Of a stretch of DNA of 64,000 nucleotides, positions 34,950-48,200 are shown in pieces. The DNA comes from Raillietiella orientalis (lineage: Eukaryota): positions 930,001 through 994,000 of the forward strand of contig JAYWIR010000044.1 of the NCBI GenBank assembly GCA_036172245.1, in the 5' to 3' direction. Position numbers and translations under genes: made by a program. How positions within the stretch are numbered: position 1 is the first letter of the stretch; each line of letters opens with the position of its first letter. The notes below the pieces were generated by a model, which had not been told where the DNA came from, did no database searches, and saw nothing but the letters and a program-made list of their open reading frames with translations.

Positions 34950-37900
34950 TTATTTGCTTGACATGTGTTTTTGTTGCATTATGTGGTAGATACTCCAAAT
35001 GGATAATGGGCGCATGTAGCCCAATGATCTATAGAAGGGTCCCTTATAAATGGCTTCAGGAGTTTGAAACATCAATCCCCTTTTCTCCCACACGGTTCTA
35101 TAGGTGCCTTCCGCAGTGTGCCAACCTTTCTTGTCGAATTCTGCATGCAGCAATGTGGCTGCCAGTGCATAGCTTACACCAATCCAGCTCTCCATGCTTT
35201 GCAGACTGGTCGAATCCACACAACCTGCGGGAGAGTAACCATTCACAGCACCCATCGTTCCTCCACAAAAGCCCAGGACATTGTTTTCATAAATCGTTCT
35301 TAGTGCACACTTCACTGAATCCTCAGGTATTATGGTGTATGCTCCGGTTGCCAGAACTAGCATCCAGTGACCACACAGCTGGTCAGCCATTATGGTGTCA
35401 CTTCGTTCATCGAATTGGTAATAAGAACCTTATTCGGGAATCAACTGCTTGGCTGAACCTGCATATCTACCTGTCCAAAGTTTGGAGTTGTAGGCTTTCT
35501 GAGCTCTCTCCAGAGTTTGCTCGTACTCCAGCACATCATGGCCGAGCAGGCTGGCCATTTGTTTGCATGCCCAGAGAGCAGCTAACCACAAGCCACCACA
35601 GTAAGCACTAGCCCCGTGCATTGGCCACATGTCGTAGGTTTGCTCAGGGCCTCCTGAATTCTCTATTAGCCCATCTCCATCTTCATCCCACTGCTGAGTG
35701 CACTTGAGGATCTCTTGGCATGTGTCCCACATGCATTCCAGATATTGCTTGTTTCCTAAATGCATGTAGTCTCTGTAGACCTAGGGGACTATCCCCTTCC
35801 CCTTCCTTGTCTTGTGGCTCACCCACCAACAGAATGAACTTTAGGCCCAGGTCCCTCCAGCGTGATACGTCATGAATATTGTAAGCATTAATTTTAAGCA
35901 ATGGCTCCTCAGATGGATCACCTAAGTCATGTGGTACAGTCCAAGCTACTTTGCGATAAAAGGCACATCCATTATTAAGAGCTATGCGCTGCTGCTTGTC
36001 CTCTATAGGAATCATCTGGGCGACCTCATATTGTATGCTGCAGAGGAAAAAGTGTTGCTCTGCAAGTCTGGGTACATACTAGCACAGATACAATGGAATA
36101 AGAAGGGCATGCTACACAGCAATTAAAGATTCCAGCAAGTGGATGCAGATAACAGGACAGCACTATCAAAGCAACTGCAGAGACAAAATGTAAACAAAGC
36201 CACAACAATTACCTATTAGCACAAATCTGCAGTTGCGACTGCACAGCTACCCACCTGAGCTGTAGCTGGGGCCACAGCAGCAACAATGCTACTGATGAAT
36301 AGAAATGGACATCATAACTATTATACATGCGATATTCGTGGCCTTCCAGGTATAAAAAGCGACCAAATTCAGCCCTGTAATGCATTTGCATTTGAGTTTC
36401 TTCAACTTTCTTACAACATCTGAGAATATGCAACATACCGCACATCACTGGCTACACATTCCACATCTGAAGGCATTTCCAACCACTGTGTGCCTCCATC
36501 AGCTACAACATACAGCTCATTGAAGAGAGCAGGTTTGAACCAATTGGGCAGGTTCCTGATGCAATATTTTGCTTTTGAACAGGAGAGCTACTCACTCATC
36601 ACACAAAATGGTGAGCTGCCAAGTATCCAGTTCTCTCTGCCAACATTTGTAGTTATTCAAAGCATAATGTATAAGTCTGCAAGCACCATCTGCTCCTTTT
36701 CCAAACCAGCGGCAATATCGTCTACAGGAACCCTATGACACTGACTAGTCAAGTGGCTTACCTGGTGTGCTGTGTCCCATTCTCCCCAAACTGGATCACA
36801 GGCATGTGCCAACCAAGAGCTATTGGAAGACACTTTTCCTCTCCAACATCAATTTGAAAGCTTCCAGCAATAGCAACCCCAATCTTCTGATGCTGCAAGC
36901 TGGGAGCTACACAGACACCCGTTTGTAGGTGTCCATGCTGGGCTAGATGGTCCCACAAATCTTTCCCACTGCCAGAAGGATCAAAATATGGCCAGTATGA
37001 CACTTTGACATCATCCTGAAATTCAAGTACAATCCTGAATTGCATTTTGCCACTTTGCCAGAACACCTCTTCCTTTATGCCCAAGACATAGATGCACATC
37101 TGCTTTTGCAGCACCTGATGCAGCAGTATACCACTTGTGATCCCATCGTCTTCTTGGTGTCTGAAAGGCATTGCCCATGATAAAGGTTGCTTGCCATTCC
37201 CAGTTCCATTTCGAAAGGTCAAGGTAATTGTAACATGCACAGATTCAGTGCCAACATTAAGAACAGACCACTTAAACACTGCCACAGGTAAACTGGAATC
37301 CTAATAATCCAACATGTTTGGTGTACATGAACTACATGCCAGTTTACCTTGTAGTTATGGGGTAGTACAGGAGAGATCTGGCAACATTCCAAAACTAAAT
37401 TCACTTCAGGCAATCTGTACTGTGTCCATGATCGTGGATACATGGCTATGTATTCTCCATTTGGAGCAGGAAACTCCCACTTCCAAGAACCCAATTGATG
37501 CTTTTGGGGGGCTCTGTAATATGAATATCCCTAATTTACTTGTACATTGCCACCGACTTTCTTGTATTTAGCACTTGATGGTAAAGCAATTTATGCTGCA
37601 TATCATGGACAGTAATGAGAAATTGATCTGCTTCAACTTCAGCATGCTGGTATATGCCTGGACACATCTGAAATCTGCAAAATCCACCTTGGATGGCCCT
37701 GCCAATCGTGCCAGCACCAATGCCTCCGATCGGAACACCTGTTACACATGTATCTGTATTTTGTTGCAAAGTGCCTTCAAAAGATTACCCAACATTGGTT
37801 TCACTTGGAGCATATTTACAAAATCCATGCATGGTTTGCGATGTTTTATTTTGCAGTGGCACCACCAAATAAAATACCTAAAATATTTGAGTATTTTACC

Positions 37901-38302
37901 GAGCGGGAAACGCCACTCGAATCGTGAATTTCACAAAATTCGGCAAAACACATCCAAAGAATACGATAACCAGTAATGCCTTCGTATGTTACAGATGATC
38001 GAAAACACCATTTCTCAAGAGACCGGCGCAAACGATAAAACACAGATCCCATGCTGTTTGTCTGTTTGTTTTCTAATCCAACTGTTAGCTACAATCTAGG
38101 ACTAGTGGTGGAATCGCGATTTTTTCCTTATTGCTACAGAAAACCTGATGAATAGTGCGAAAGATTTCCAGAGCTGGGAACTTTTCACGGTTCTGTTCGG
38201 GCGGCAGCTTTCCGGAAACTGATGATCGAGTCGGACTTTCCATCCCAAGTCGCTGATTTCCTTCCTGAGTGATTTGTGCAAACATTCGTCTGGCCCTTGC
38301 AT
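34950..38302 (-). CDS. GBA2: Non-lysosomal glucosylceramidase (GH116), multi-exon; start may extend to ATG 38416 via a 51-nt intron
   Basis: [129 protein letters not shown]; short GT-AG introns join in phase. Confidence 0.95.
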
Positions 38303-38353
38303 CCTCGCCGGCACACTTTGCTATGCGACCGTGTCTTCCGCATTCCTAACATC

Positions 38354-38367
38354 GTTGCCACGGCAAC
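38354..38367. promoter_or_regulatory. RFX X-box-like palindrome GTTGCCACGGCAAC
   Basis: Matches the consensus GTNRCC(N0-3)RGYAAC exactly, in the CpG-rich 5' region of GBA2. Confidence 0.45.
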
Positions 38368-38650
38368 TCACGGGGTCTCGGCGGCCGGAGTGAAGTCCAC
38401 CTCGCAAGGCGACCATCGCGAAAACAAGGAGGCCTTTCTGGATCCCCGGAATTATGCTGACCTCCTCCGACACTTTGCTTGCAACACGTCTCAGGAGTGA
38501 CCCGGGTGGACCGCTGCAGCCAAAGGGCACGCGGCGCGACTGCACGCGGCAGATGAATTTTCGCCCGATGGGGGGGGCGGGAGGGGGGAAGAAGATCGAA
38601 CCGAATGACAAAATGAAGCAAGCCAGTCTCTGATATGCAAGATAAAAGAC

Positions 38651-38875
38651 ATGGATTCTCAGGAGCTTCTCGAATTTCTAGAAGTAGCTGGAGATTCCCT
38701 GGGTATCGAGATCGAATCCCTCGAGTATTTCAGGAATACCTCACGAAATATGGAAGGGCAACTGCAAAAATTGCTCGAAACAAAACAAAAACGAGGAAAA
38801 GTGAGATTTTTAGAACCGAAAAGAGAGTTTCAGTCTGAAGGCAAAAACAAAACAGTGGTTACCTTGGGAAACTAG
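38651..38875 (+). CDS. Possible first exon of an orphan helical/coiled-coil protein divergent from GBA2
   Basis: MDSQELLEFLEVAGDSLGIEIESLEYFRNTSRNMEGQLQKLLETKQKRGK followed by a GTGAGA donor at 38801; downstream exons not resolved. Confidence 0.3.
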   Translation: MDSQELLEFLEVAGDSLGIEIESLEYFRNTSRNMEGQLQKLLETKQKRGKVRFLEPKREFQSEGKNKTVVTLGN

Positions 38876-40059
38876 CTACAGATGCAGCTGGCTAACGAGA
38901 ATACATGAACCCAAATGAATGCATACAAGAGCAAACATTGCCACTCTGAGGAACAATGATGTAACCGAAGACAAAACAAAACAAAAAACAATGTTTCGAA
39001 TTTTAATTTAACGTTCTTATGTACAGTGCTAGACATAACAGAATAACGAGATGATACATTGTGATGAGCTGCTTTGTTTGTTTGTTTTTCCTCATGTTTC
39101 ACAGATTTATTTTTCTACAACACGCTTGATGGAACTGAGCTGAGAGTTTGAAATCACGTCCGCTCTATTCTCACACCTTGCTTTTGGGACTGTATTCTCT
39201 TAACATGCATATCTGAATTGTCGCAATAGTATTTTCAAAATTTCGTGTTTCTTTATGCATCACAGTCTATGCGAATAGGTTAGTAGGTTAATTCGTCCCA
39301 CTACTTAAGGCAATTAGCGTTCTGCCAAGCCCCCTTTCTTTCCTTTTCCTTTGCATAGTGTATCCAGTTTGATTACCACGCTGTAGGGCGCAGGTAACTT
39401 CAATATTATTGATGTGAATTCTGCGCCTACAGCATTGCAATTCCCTCGGATGAAAATCCGCTTCGTTTCTCAAAAGCTGAACGACCGGAACTTTCCATTG
39501 CTTCGATACCAGCTAAACTGTACATTACTCGATAGTTGATAATTTCGGTTCCATTTCTCATTTGCTCCCATTTGAGCATCAGTAATTTTTCTTGTATCCC
39601 ATCTTCCAATCAAATCAAATCTTCCTAATTTATCCAGGGACACATAACCTTCGAATGAGTTTTCAGTTTTTTGATGAAACTACATCCTAATTACTAGTGC
39701 ATCCCATCAAGCGCAATTTTTTTTTTTTTTCCTTTCCTACGTGGAACCGCCACGGATAGCTTTCCCTGTTATTATGTTTAGGACTACGTAATACTCCCCA
39801 GGTGCACTAAGCACGAAGTAATTCCTGCATCTTGGCAGAAACCTTGATGAAGAACCATTCCGTGAACTACACGTGTTCACTCAAAGTGGGCTTTGCCGTT
39901 TCTAGTAAAAGAAAACAAAAAATACCCAATATCGCGTAAGATGTCTTAGAAACAGTGGATTAAAAAATCGACAGTAAGGAAACTATAATAAATTGCCGTT
40001 AGTGATCGTCATAGGACCTCGAGTATTTGTGCAACATCTGAGGAAGTTGCTCAGTGATG

Positions 40060-41200
40060 ACGCGATCACTCACTCAATTTACATAATCGCGCTAGTCGGA
40101 ATAACCAACAGCTGAAAACATTCCTTTATGACTTGCTCCTAATAATGAGACTATCCGCTGAACTGTTTGCTTAAGCAGAAATACTTGTACGACCCCACAA
40201 CTAGACCATCTGGCTAGTTGCGAATTTGATTGAAGGATTCGAAACAGTTGCAACATTTCCATAATTCACGAAGACCATGTAATTAACCGAATAATTTTTT
40301 TCGCGAACCTGAAGTAGCGACTAATGGCGTTCCAGAGGTGCAGAAAAAAAGAAACCACGTGGCTTACGAATTGCACTGTTTACTTTGAGAATGTGGTGTG
40401 CACTCGGCAATTTTTGCGGGAACAGGTGAAAGCAAAAGGGTGAGTGTCGGAAAACCTAGGTAAACAGAGGAAGTCAACTTTCGGATCTCTAGAAAAGTGG
40501 AGATGTGCGACACTTAAGCTTGCCGTGGCCCCAAGGTTCCCATGCTAACAAGAAAAGGCAGGAAAAATGAATTTGGATAGAAACATTTCTCCTCCCGAGC
40601 GATAGCTGTGGCAGCAAGTGGTTTATCTTGGAAGCCTCCATCAGGAACGAATCGTTTGCATACGGAACTCGTGGCTTTAGTGGCATGGAGGAATTGAAAA
40701 AATTCCATCTTCCAGACGATTAGTGTGGTCACATGCTTCACAATAAATTGGATGTTGGAAGAGGAACTTACGTTGATGGATCGTGGATTTATGCCCTCAC
40801 AACCACTGAGGTGATGTTTTAAGTGCTAACAAAGCACTGTTCTCGACTGCGGCAACGTATTTCATTTTCAGGTCCTGCTTCTGAGCGGAGTTTGGGCTGT
40901 TCAAGGCCGACGACGCAAGAATGCTTGGAGACACTTTTGTTTGTGAGAGTACAAGGGCTTGCAACGCACGCATCACTGGGTTCTGTTTAGAAGCTTTCGG
41001 ATGCCCACTCACTCGGAGGGGAGCAGAGGCAGAGAAGAGTCCGGTAACGACAGGACCTCCCCAAGACTACGTGCCTCCGGCTTCATCAGGGTAGGACGAA
41101 GGATGGTGGCTCACCTACACGGAGCAGAAGATGGCACCGCGCTGCGTACCAGGAGGCATGCACATCTGGATAAGAGACTCGAATGACTCCCGGAGGCGTC
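40060..41200 (+). mobile_element. Decayed Merlin/IS1595(ISXO2)-like DDE transposase relic
   Basis: Collinear degenerate motifs: KRVSV ~40435, HNKLDVGRGTYVDGSWIY ~40740 (cf. KYNRGR..G.WVFG), EYKGLQRTHHWV ~40948 (cf. AY..L..Y.H..VNH), VAHLH ~41105. Multiple stops and frameshifts; no TIRs identified. Confidence 0.4.
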
Positions 41201-41249
41201 AGGACAACAGGAGTACGGAATAGGGCCGGAATGCGGCCGAGAGCGGCCT

Positions 41250-41620
41250 GCGATGGGTCCCGGTAGGTGTAGCCAACCTCAAGGCGGCGTATGCTGCAAT
41301 TCCGCTTCGGCCGCGACGAATGCAGCAAGGAACGGCGACGGCGTTCTCGGGAGTCAGCGTGTGCTCAGGAAGGACGCCACGAGAGTTTCTCTGATCCGCG
41401 AACTTTGCGCTCCCAGTGCCCCGGAGATGCAGAGGGTAAGGGATGGAGCGAAGCTTCTGTCCACCCTCACTCGGGAGAGTTGTCTCACGGAACCGGGCCG
41501 ACCAAGAAATCCGGCACGCTCCGAGCATTCCCAGTAGGATGGACGTGGAGTGACCGTCAGCCTCTTCTCCGCTTCCTCCGGTCGCACGCTGGCTCATGCC
41601 CACGCTTCTAGGCGCGCTTG
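41250..41620 (-). pseudogene. Possible BTB/POZ-BACK domain remnant
   Basis: GHSTSILLGMLGACRISWSARFRE (cf. AHRxVLAAxSxYFxAMF..E) followed, with frameshifts, by FLS..LTPENAVAV (cf. FLxxxLxxxN). Confidence 0.25.
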
Positions 41621-42172
41621 TACGCCCCGATACGGGAACGCGAAGGACCCTTAGCCAAAAACGTGTGAACCCAGCATCCCCCCTCCCCCAGCTCATTCCT
41701 GGCCGAAGGACGCGGCACCGAGCGCGTGCGGCCCCTCCGGTAGCCACGACAGCTCCTGCTTCTTTGAAGCGAGAGACCGAAGGGCAGGCGCGAAGTGCAG
41801 CATCGAATTTGGGTTGTGAGGGACGAAAGGTGGGATGGCTGGAAAGGGTTTACCCAGTGAAGTCGATCGAGGTGTCGCGGCTGAGGCAGTTCCCACCGCG
41901 GTTTTTGCCGTGGAGTTTAGCCAGCGATCGGGACGTCCTCTTCTGCGAGGCTGACAGTCTCGCCTGAGACTATCTGCACCCTCGAGGTGAGCGGGAAAAA
42001 GGAGCAGTGAACCTCTCCTTGAGGGTCCACGGCTCTCTGGCTGCCTGGGGGAAGGCTGCCGAAGGACATGTTTTATTGCGACGCTGCTGCCGCCTTGGTG
42101 TCTTCTCCGCTGTCGCAAGGGCCGCTGAAGGAAGGAAGAGGAGAGAGGGGAAGGGGAAGAACAGGGGAAAGT

Positions 42173-43467
42173 TCAGATGCAGCGCTGCTTCACTTCCTTC
42201 ATCAGGGAGTGCCACCTGTCCTTGTTGTGCCGGATAACCTGCAGCAGCGACCGGGACAGGCGGTCGACGCTCGTTCTTTCCTCAGAGGAGAAGAGGTGGT
42301 GAGGGTTGCCGGCCAGGTAGTGCACGACGTTCTTCACGCTCTCACACAGGGGACGCATCTATGGGGTGACAGGGAAACGGCTTCAGGGAGGCGCGACCCG
42401 TCCCTAACCTCCTCCCCTACCCGCCCGGTTCACCCAAACGCGGGCGCCTTTACGGATCGATGGATCTCGTCATTCCTCCTCGCTGACCACCTACCTCGCA
42501 TATGCCGCAGTCCTGGAGCATTTCGAAGGTGATGACGTCACGGGGCTCTTCCTCCTCCCACCTGCGCAGCATGGAACCCAAGACATCGCGCATCCCCTCG
42601 TGCGAATTGCTGCAGCAGCGCTCTGCTTGGACGTAGCCGGCGAGTTTCAGAAAGGCGTCGTCCGAAACGGGCGCGTGGGAAGGGCCGCGATCGCAGCCGC
42701 CCCCCCCCACCAGGAGGCTCAGCTCCCTCTGCACGGCCAACACGATGGGGTCATCGCAGCGGACGAGCCCGGACTGCACCAGGTTCTTCCTGGCCAGCGC
42801 GAGCTCGGCCGCTTGCTTGGCGTCAGCGGCGTTTAGCTTTGGGAAGCGCCGATCCCAGGAGATGCTGCTGGCGAACCGGCAGTGGTGAGACAGGCCGTCC
42901 TGGGAGGAGTAGCAGCCGCCTCCCTCCACGGAATACCCCGGTCCCACAGCGCCCCTCTCTCCGTCCTCGCCCTCTTTCGTTTGGTAGCCGCTGCCGCTGC
43001 CTCTCGTGAGCTCCCGGCAGGACGAATACTGCCCTGAGGGTTCCTGTTCGTCGCTGCTGGAAAAAAAGAACAGACGTCGAGGTGAGGAAGGGGGAAGGGG
43101 GGGGGAGGGAGAGGGGAATGGGCTGAGCGAGCGAGGCAGGCGCCAAGTCACCGCTGTCGAGAGATGCGCAGGCGGTGGTAGCGGTCCCAGTCAGACGCGC
43201 AGAGGGTGAGCTCAGCGGCACCTCCCGTTGACAGCTCGGATCCGCGCAGGTTCCCGGAGGACGGTCTGTTGCGGATGCGCAGGAACCGGGAAATGTCCAG
43301 CATCAGGTCCGAGGCGCGGCCGCGGGTGGTCGCCGATCCGCTCAGGCGGCCGCGCGCGCAGCTCGACAGGGACGAGCCAGCTCGGGAGGCCTCCGTTCCT
43401 ACGGCGGACAGGAAACGGGAGGTCAGCTGCGGTGGATCATCAAAATGGTGCAAAATTCGCGTCTCTT
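42173..43467 (-). CDS. Uncharacterised spliced gene with death-domain-like C-terminal region; exons ~43467-43152, 43056-42495, 42358-42173; 5' end unresolved
   Basis: Three exons join in frame through canonical GT/AG sites (CAGCAG tandem acceptor at 43059-43054); GC3-rich codons; DDAFLKLAGYV..MRDVLGSMLRRWEEEEPRDVITFEMLQDCGICE|MRPLCESV resembles death-domain helices. Confidence 0.6.
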
Positions 43468-45299
43468 CTGGCGAAGAGAGAACACCGAGATGCGTGGTGA
43501 GGATGAGGGCCAGCTGCTAGCATCACAAGTGGGATGCTGACAGCTGATGCTACCCCGAACGTGAAGAGGACAATCAAAACATGCAAACTCAGGGCGACAG
43601 AGGTTTATGACGATAGAAACAAAGACAACCATGACGGAGGAGAACTGACCTTTTCCTTCCCCTCTCGAGGACCAGGAAGGAAAAACCAAGGGACGATCAC
43701 TCCCCCTGTTCGTGCATACTTGTAGAGCTTCGTAAATCAACCAATGAAGGCATCAACCGACATCTCTAAGGGCAAAAGAAGAAAGAAAAAAAAGGAAAAG
43801 AAAAGAAGAGGAAACTTCGTGTACCACGCCAAAGGAGGGACCGTGGAGATCCCTCTAAATGGAGTCAAACGCGTTTCTCCGCGCACATGCAAGTAGTCGG
43901 ACGGGAAAAAACGAAATCACAGCAGCCATGACGCAATGAGCCACTTCACAAGTGACGCTCCTCGTTACGTCATTCTCACTTCAAAAAGAGGAAAAAGAAA
44001 AAAGGTAGGCGTTAATCTGCAGGCAGCTCACCACACAATATCTTATCAACTGTACATTCACTCAAGTGGCTCAACAGTCCCTTCGGAAAGGGCGTTCATT
44101 CACTCGTTCCGCGAAAGAGCCTCACATTATGCAATCAGATTGAAGTTCTACTGTGCTACCGAGCTTACCCTGGCTGAAAAGAGCGCTGCTGGATTCGTCA
44201 AGCATAAGGTGAATTTCCTTCATGTCGGGAAAACGGGGCCGTCGAACGAAGTGCTCCCAAATGGTAATTTGCCAAACGAAAAACAAGCAGCAACCGAAGC
44301 CGCGTGCTCTTAGCGACGCCAACCAACAATGCGACGCCCCTCTCCTCCGGCTGAAGGACTGCCATTTTCTCTTGGCCAAAAATTTTCAAGTCTTGCCAAG
44401 TTTTTTTCCTTTTCTTTTCATTAACGTTTCAACGAGCGAGATGTCAAGTCGCCTGCAGGTCAAAAGTAAACAATACTGAACTTTTTTGTCTATGGATTCC
44501 CAGAAACGGAACACAAAAATTAAGGTCAACGCACAGCTACTTTGCAGGATTGGTTCTTTGGTATTCAAAGCATCAAATGCATACAAACGCCCCCCTCCCC
44601 TCCCGACAAAAATAAATAACCAAATAAGATAAAACACACACAAAAAGCAAGAACAAGCAAAAAAAAAAAAAACACTGCGAATTAGGGATATTGGGAATCA
44701 AGGAAAAAGCAAAGGATACACAAAATGAGCAGAAAGGAAGCAAGAGGGAAGCAAACATGGTTGTCTACTAGACTGAGGGTTCGAGGCACGTACAGGCTCC
44801 ACGATCTCAGCAATGTTCCTAAGTAGTCGGGAGTGTGCTGTTTTCGAATCGGGAGTGTTTCTAATCGAGTGTTAACGTGTAGCCCGAGGCGCTACGAAAG
44901 GAAGGGAAACTATGAGCAGGAAGAATGACCAACAGGTTCCTCGAGCGTTTGCAGAATGTGTTAGTAGCCCGGCACTCGTTCCAGATAGCTACTGCTGCCT
45001 GCCTGGCTGGAACCATGTGTGCAGCAGGTGACTGAGGGATTCCTTGGAGACACATAGGGATGGAGGAAGAAGCTCTTGCTGAGGCTACTGTTTTCAGCTT
45101 TGGTTTCAGCGAAAAACGCAGAAGAATAGGCAGTCTCGTCTCTTTCTCAGCGCTCATACACATCTACACCACGGGACGTGTGTCCGGAGATGCACCTGCG
45201 TAGCCTCTCTGATCCTGTGCGTCGTCGTGCCTATTCTGAGATTTTTGTTTCCCACAGAGAGGGTGGTGCCATCTGCGAAGCCATCAGCCCCTAGTTCAG

Positions 45300-48200
45300 G
45301 GGCCATTTTCCCTTCTCCTGCCCCGAATGATTTGGATTGTCTTAGGCAGGGGAGCGTTCCTGTCGAATCCTCTAGAGAGCCCTGCCCCCTCCGAGACGTG
45401 AGTGTCTTGTTTTAAGATAGCGGCACAACAGTCAGGGTAGCCTCCCGGCTTTCCTAGGAGGAAGTGTCTGCGAAGAATCGATCGCTCCTCCTTCCGTAGG
45501 TGGGGACTCTTGAGCGATGCGCTCCTTGCGGCAACGGTTCTGCGAAATTCATCGCACACGCCATCCGTAGGTACGCAAGGCTGCGTATCGGCAGGTGCGC
45601 GGACAGCATGCGATTCTTTTCGCACCTTTCACTCCTCGAGTGGGTCCGGCGCCAAACGGCTCCCTAAGTGGAACCGTAGGAGGGCTCGCTTTAATTTGAC
45701 CACGTCGCTCAATGCACGATGATGATGTCCATCACGCCACACACCTGCATGCAATCTACCATTCCACTGCTTAAGAGACCTGGGGCATAGAAGCATCGTG
45801 GTAAGGATAGGTACCCTACTCAAGAATTTGAAGATGTCGCAAACACATTTTGCTAACGCAGAAACTTTGTGGTTCGACAGGAATCGAATAAACATGCGGA
45901 GTTCATTTCACTAGGAAGACAGAGCACTGCTGTTAATGAATAGAGAAAACGGATTCGACTTTTCATACTTGGAATTTTGATATTCTCTCACTCATATGTT
46001 CGAGAAGCAAGATTCTATGGCGGCTTTTTTTTTTTTTTTCCTTTCTCTCTTTTGCAACGACCTGAAATAAAAAAAAGGCCTTTATTCTTAAGCACCATTC
46101 TTAAGCTTATAATCAGTTTATAGGATCGGTTGACAATTAGCGCTTCGTTTCGCATGAAATGGGAGCAGCCTGGAGATAAGCTAAGCAGCGTTTAAGCCTA
46201 AGCCGCGAGCGCCATTACGGGAGGGATTTTGTTAGCTCTTAGTGGGTCGGTTTTATGCTTTGCTTCAGTTCGAATGATCCAATGATTTCAACCCTCTATA
46301 GGCAGGTATTGGACTTCGAAGTCATATACTAATACATCGATATCTTATACCAATTTTTTACCGCAAGGTTGCATATACATCTTGTATAACGTCTCCTTGG
46401 TAACCAATAACAGTCTGGTGACGGATGTAAAGTCTAATCCGAGATATCGAGATAAATGCTTCTGAAGTGTTGTCTATAGATAAAAGCTGTACGAACGATC
46501 CTGTGCAGTTGTCATTGTTTTTTGTTCTATCGGTGTTTTGATGAACAAGAAAAAGCTCACGTGATAGCTCTTTGGTTTGTATATCAATAATCTCCTGTTT
46601 GTCTGCATTGAAACAATCATTTTATTGTGATTTTCACACGATATAGCTTTGTGACTTCCAAGTCACAATGACCTTTTTTTTTTTTTAGTTTTGCATGCTG
46701 GAGGCCTAAAACATGAATACCAAAGCCTAATTAAAAGTAAAAGAATGGTAAGAATAAGAAGCATTAGAGGTAATGGATCCGTGGATTCCTTATTGGAATC
46801 TGACTCGGACGAAGATCGGCCAATAGTATTTACCGAGGGCGTATTAATATTATTGATAGCGACGATGGATTGAGTAGGGAATCATCAACAGATGATGAAA
46901 ACTTGAAATCACAAAAAATTTCTTGGTAGTGAGTATCCCATCCGAAAAACAGTCTTCATCTTCCTTGGAAAGGAAATTGTCTTGAAGATCCCGAAGCACC
47001 CTACTCTCCTATGACCTATTTCCGAAAATTATTTGATGACCAAATTATAAGCAATATAGCAATGCATATGCACTGCAACGTGATCCAGCAAAACCCATAG
47101 GTGTTTCATCTAATGAAACAGAACAGCTCATTGCATTTTGTGCATGTCGAGAGCGAAAAGGGATTGGTAGGAAAAGAGGACTTCCTAATTCGAGTGCAGC
47201 AGGTAAACAGTCAGAAGAGAAGAAGGAAAGGGGAGCAAGTGCAACCTTCCAGTGCGAAAAGACGAAACAGAGCCAATTGGCCACTCTTTTCGGAGGGACT
47301 CTGCAAAAGAAAATCCGGGATGCAAAGGAGTTCCAGAAATGCAATGTTCGAAATGCAATGTTCGAAATGCAATGTGTACATCTTCGTTGAACGCCGGGCA
47401 CAAACTGTTTTATGGAATTCCACGCCAGAGCTCTTCTTCCACGCCCAAGTGCGTTGCACGCCGTTGCAACCCCAAAGTTACAAAGCCTTCAGGAAACCAC
47501 TGAATTCGTTATTAATTTGTAAATCGAGGTTTATACTTGCATAAATTTGTCTATAGTCGTAAAAGAAATTCAGACTATAGAGGGTTAAGAGTCGTATGAA
47601 TTTTGAAGGTGATTCTGAAATTAAATTGCGAGTGCGATTTGATTGCTCTGCAGTTTTGCCCATCATTTGTGAGTTGAAGGCAAAGGGGCTGAATATAAGT
47701 GAAGGCACTCCTCAATCTGTTCGTGCAATTTCGATCTCATCTATGCTTTTATTTACGACGCTGCTTGCAGCCATGTTGAAATACTTATTCTCCCCGGTTT
47801 TAACACGGGACCAAGCCGGTATCAATAGGAAATCAATTCACCTGCTGTTTTCTAGGCGGTAATTGAGCAAGGGAGGAAATGGTAGTTTAGAATTGAGTTG
47901 CTCCCGCTTCATCGTTCTGCTCTTGTCCCTGGCTGAACAAACTGGGTGGTTCTCTCCGCTAGGGAGAGCAGGGACAAGAGTAGAACGGTGCAGCAACCCA
48001 AACCTCCTCATCGAGGTCGTTTGCATGTGGATGATGGGGTCCAAAGGTGCTTTGCTGAGGTCGCGGAGGATGACTTTGTCTTCTCTTCTGGAAAGAATCC
48101 GACCGCAGCATCCCATCGATCGGGAGCTTCCTGATTTTGGGGCAGTTCCAGTTACAGAGGGCCGATAGTTACTGGGTACCGAGATGGAGAGACGCAGGGC

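Noticed and set aside
37846..38052. ATG at 38052 as the GBA2 start
   Set aside because: Lies within intron 1; the homologous first exon is 38302-38145 and splices in phase.
44755..44805. GGTTCGA-containing tRNA-like 3' half
   Set aside because: No matching 5' acceptor stem or D-arm.
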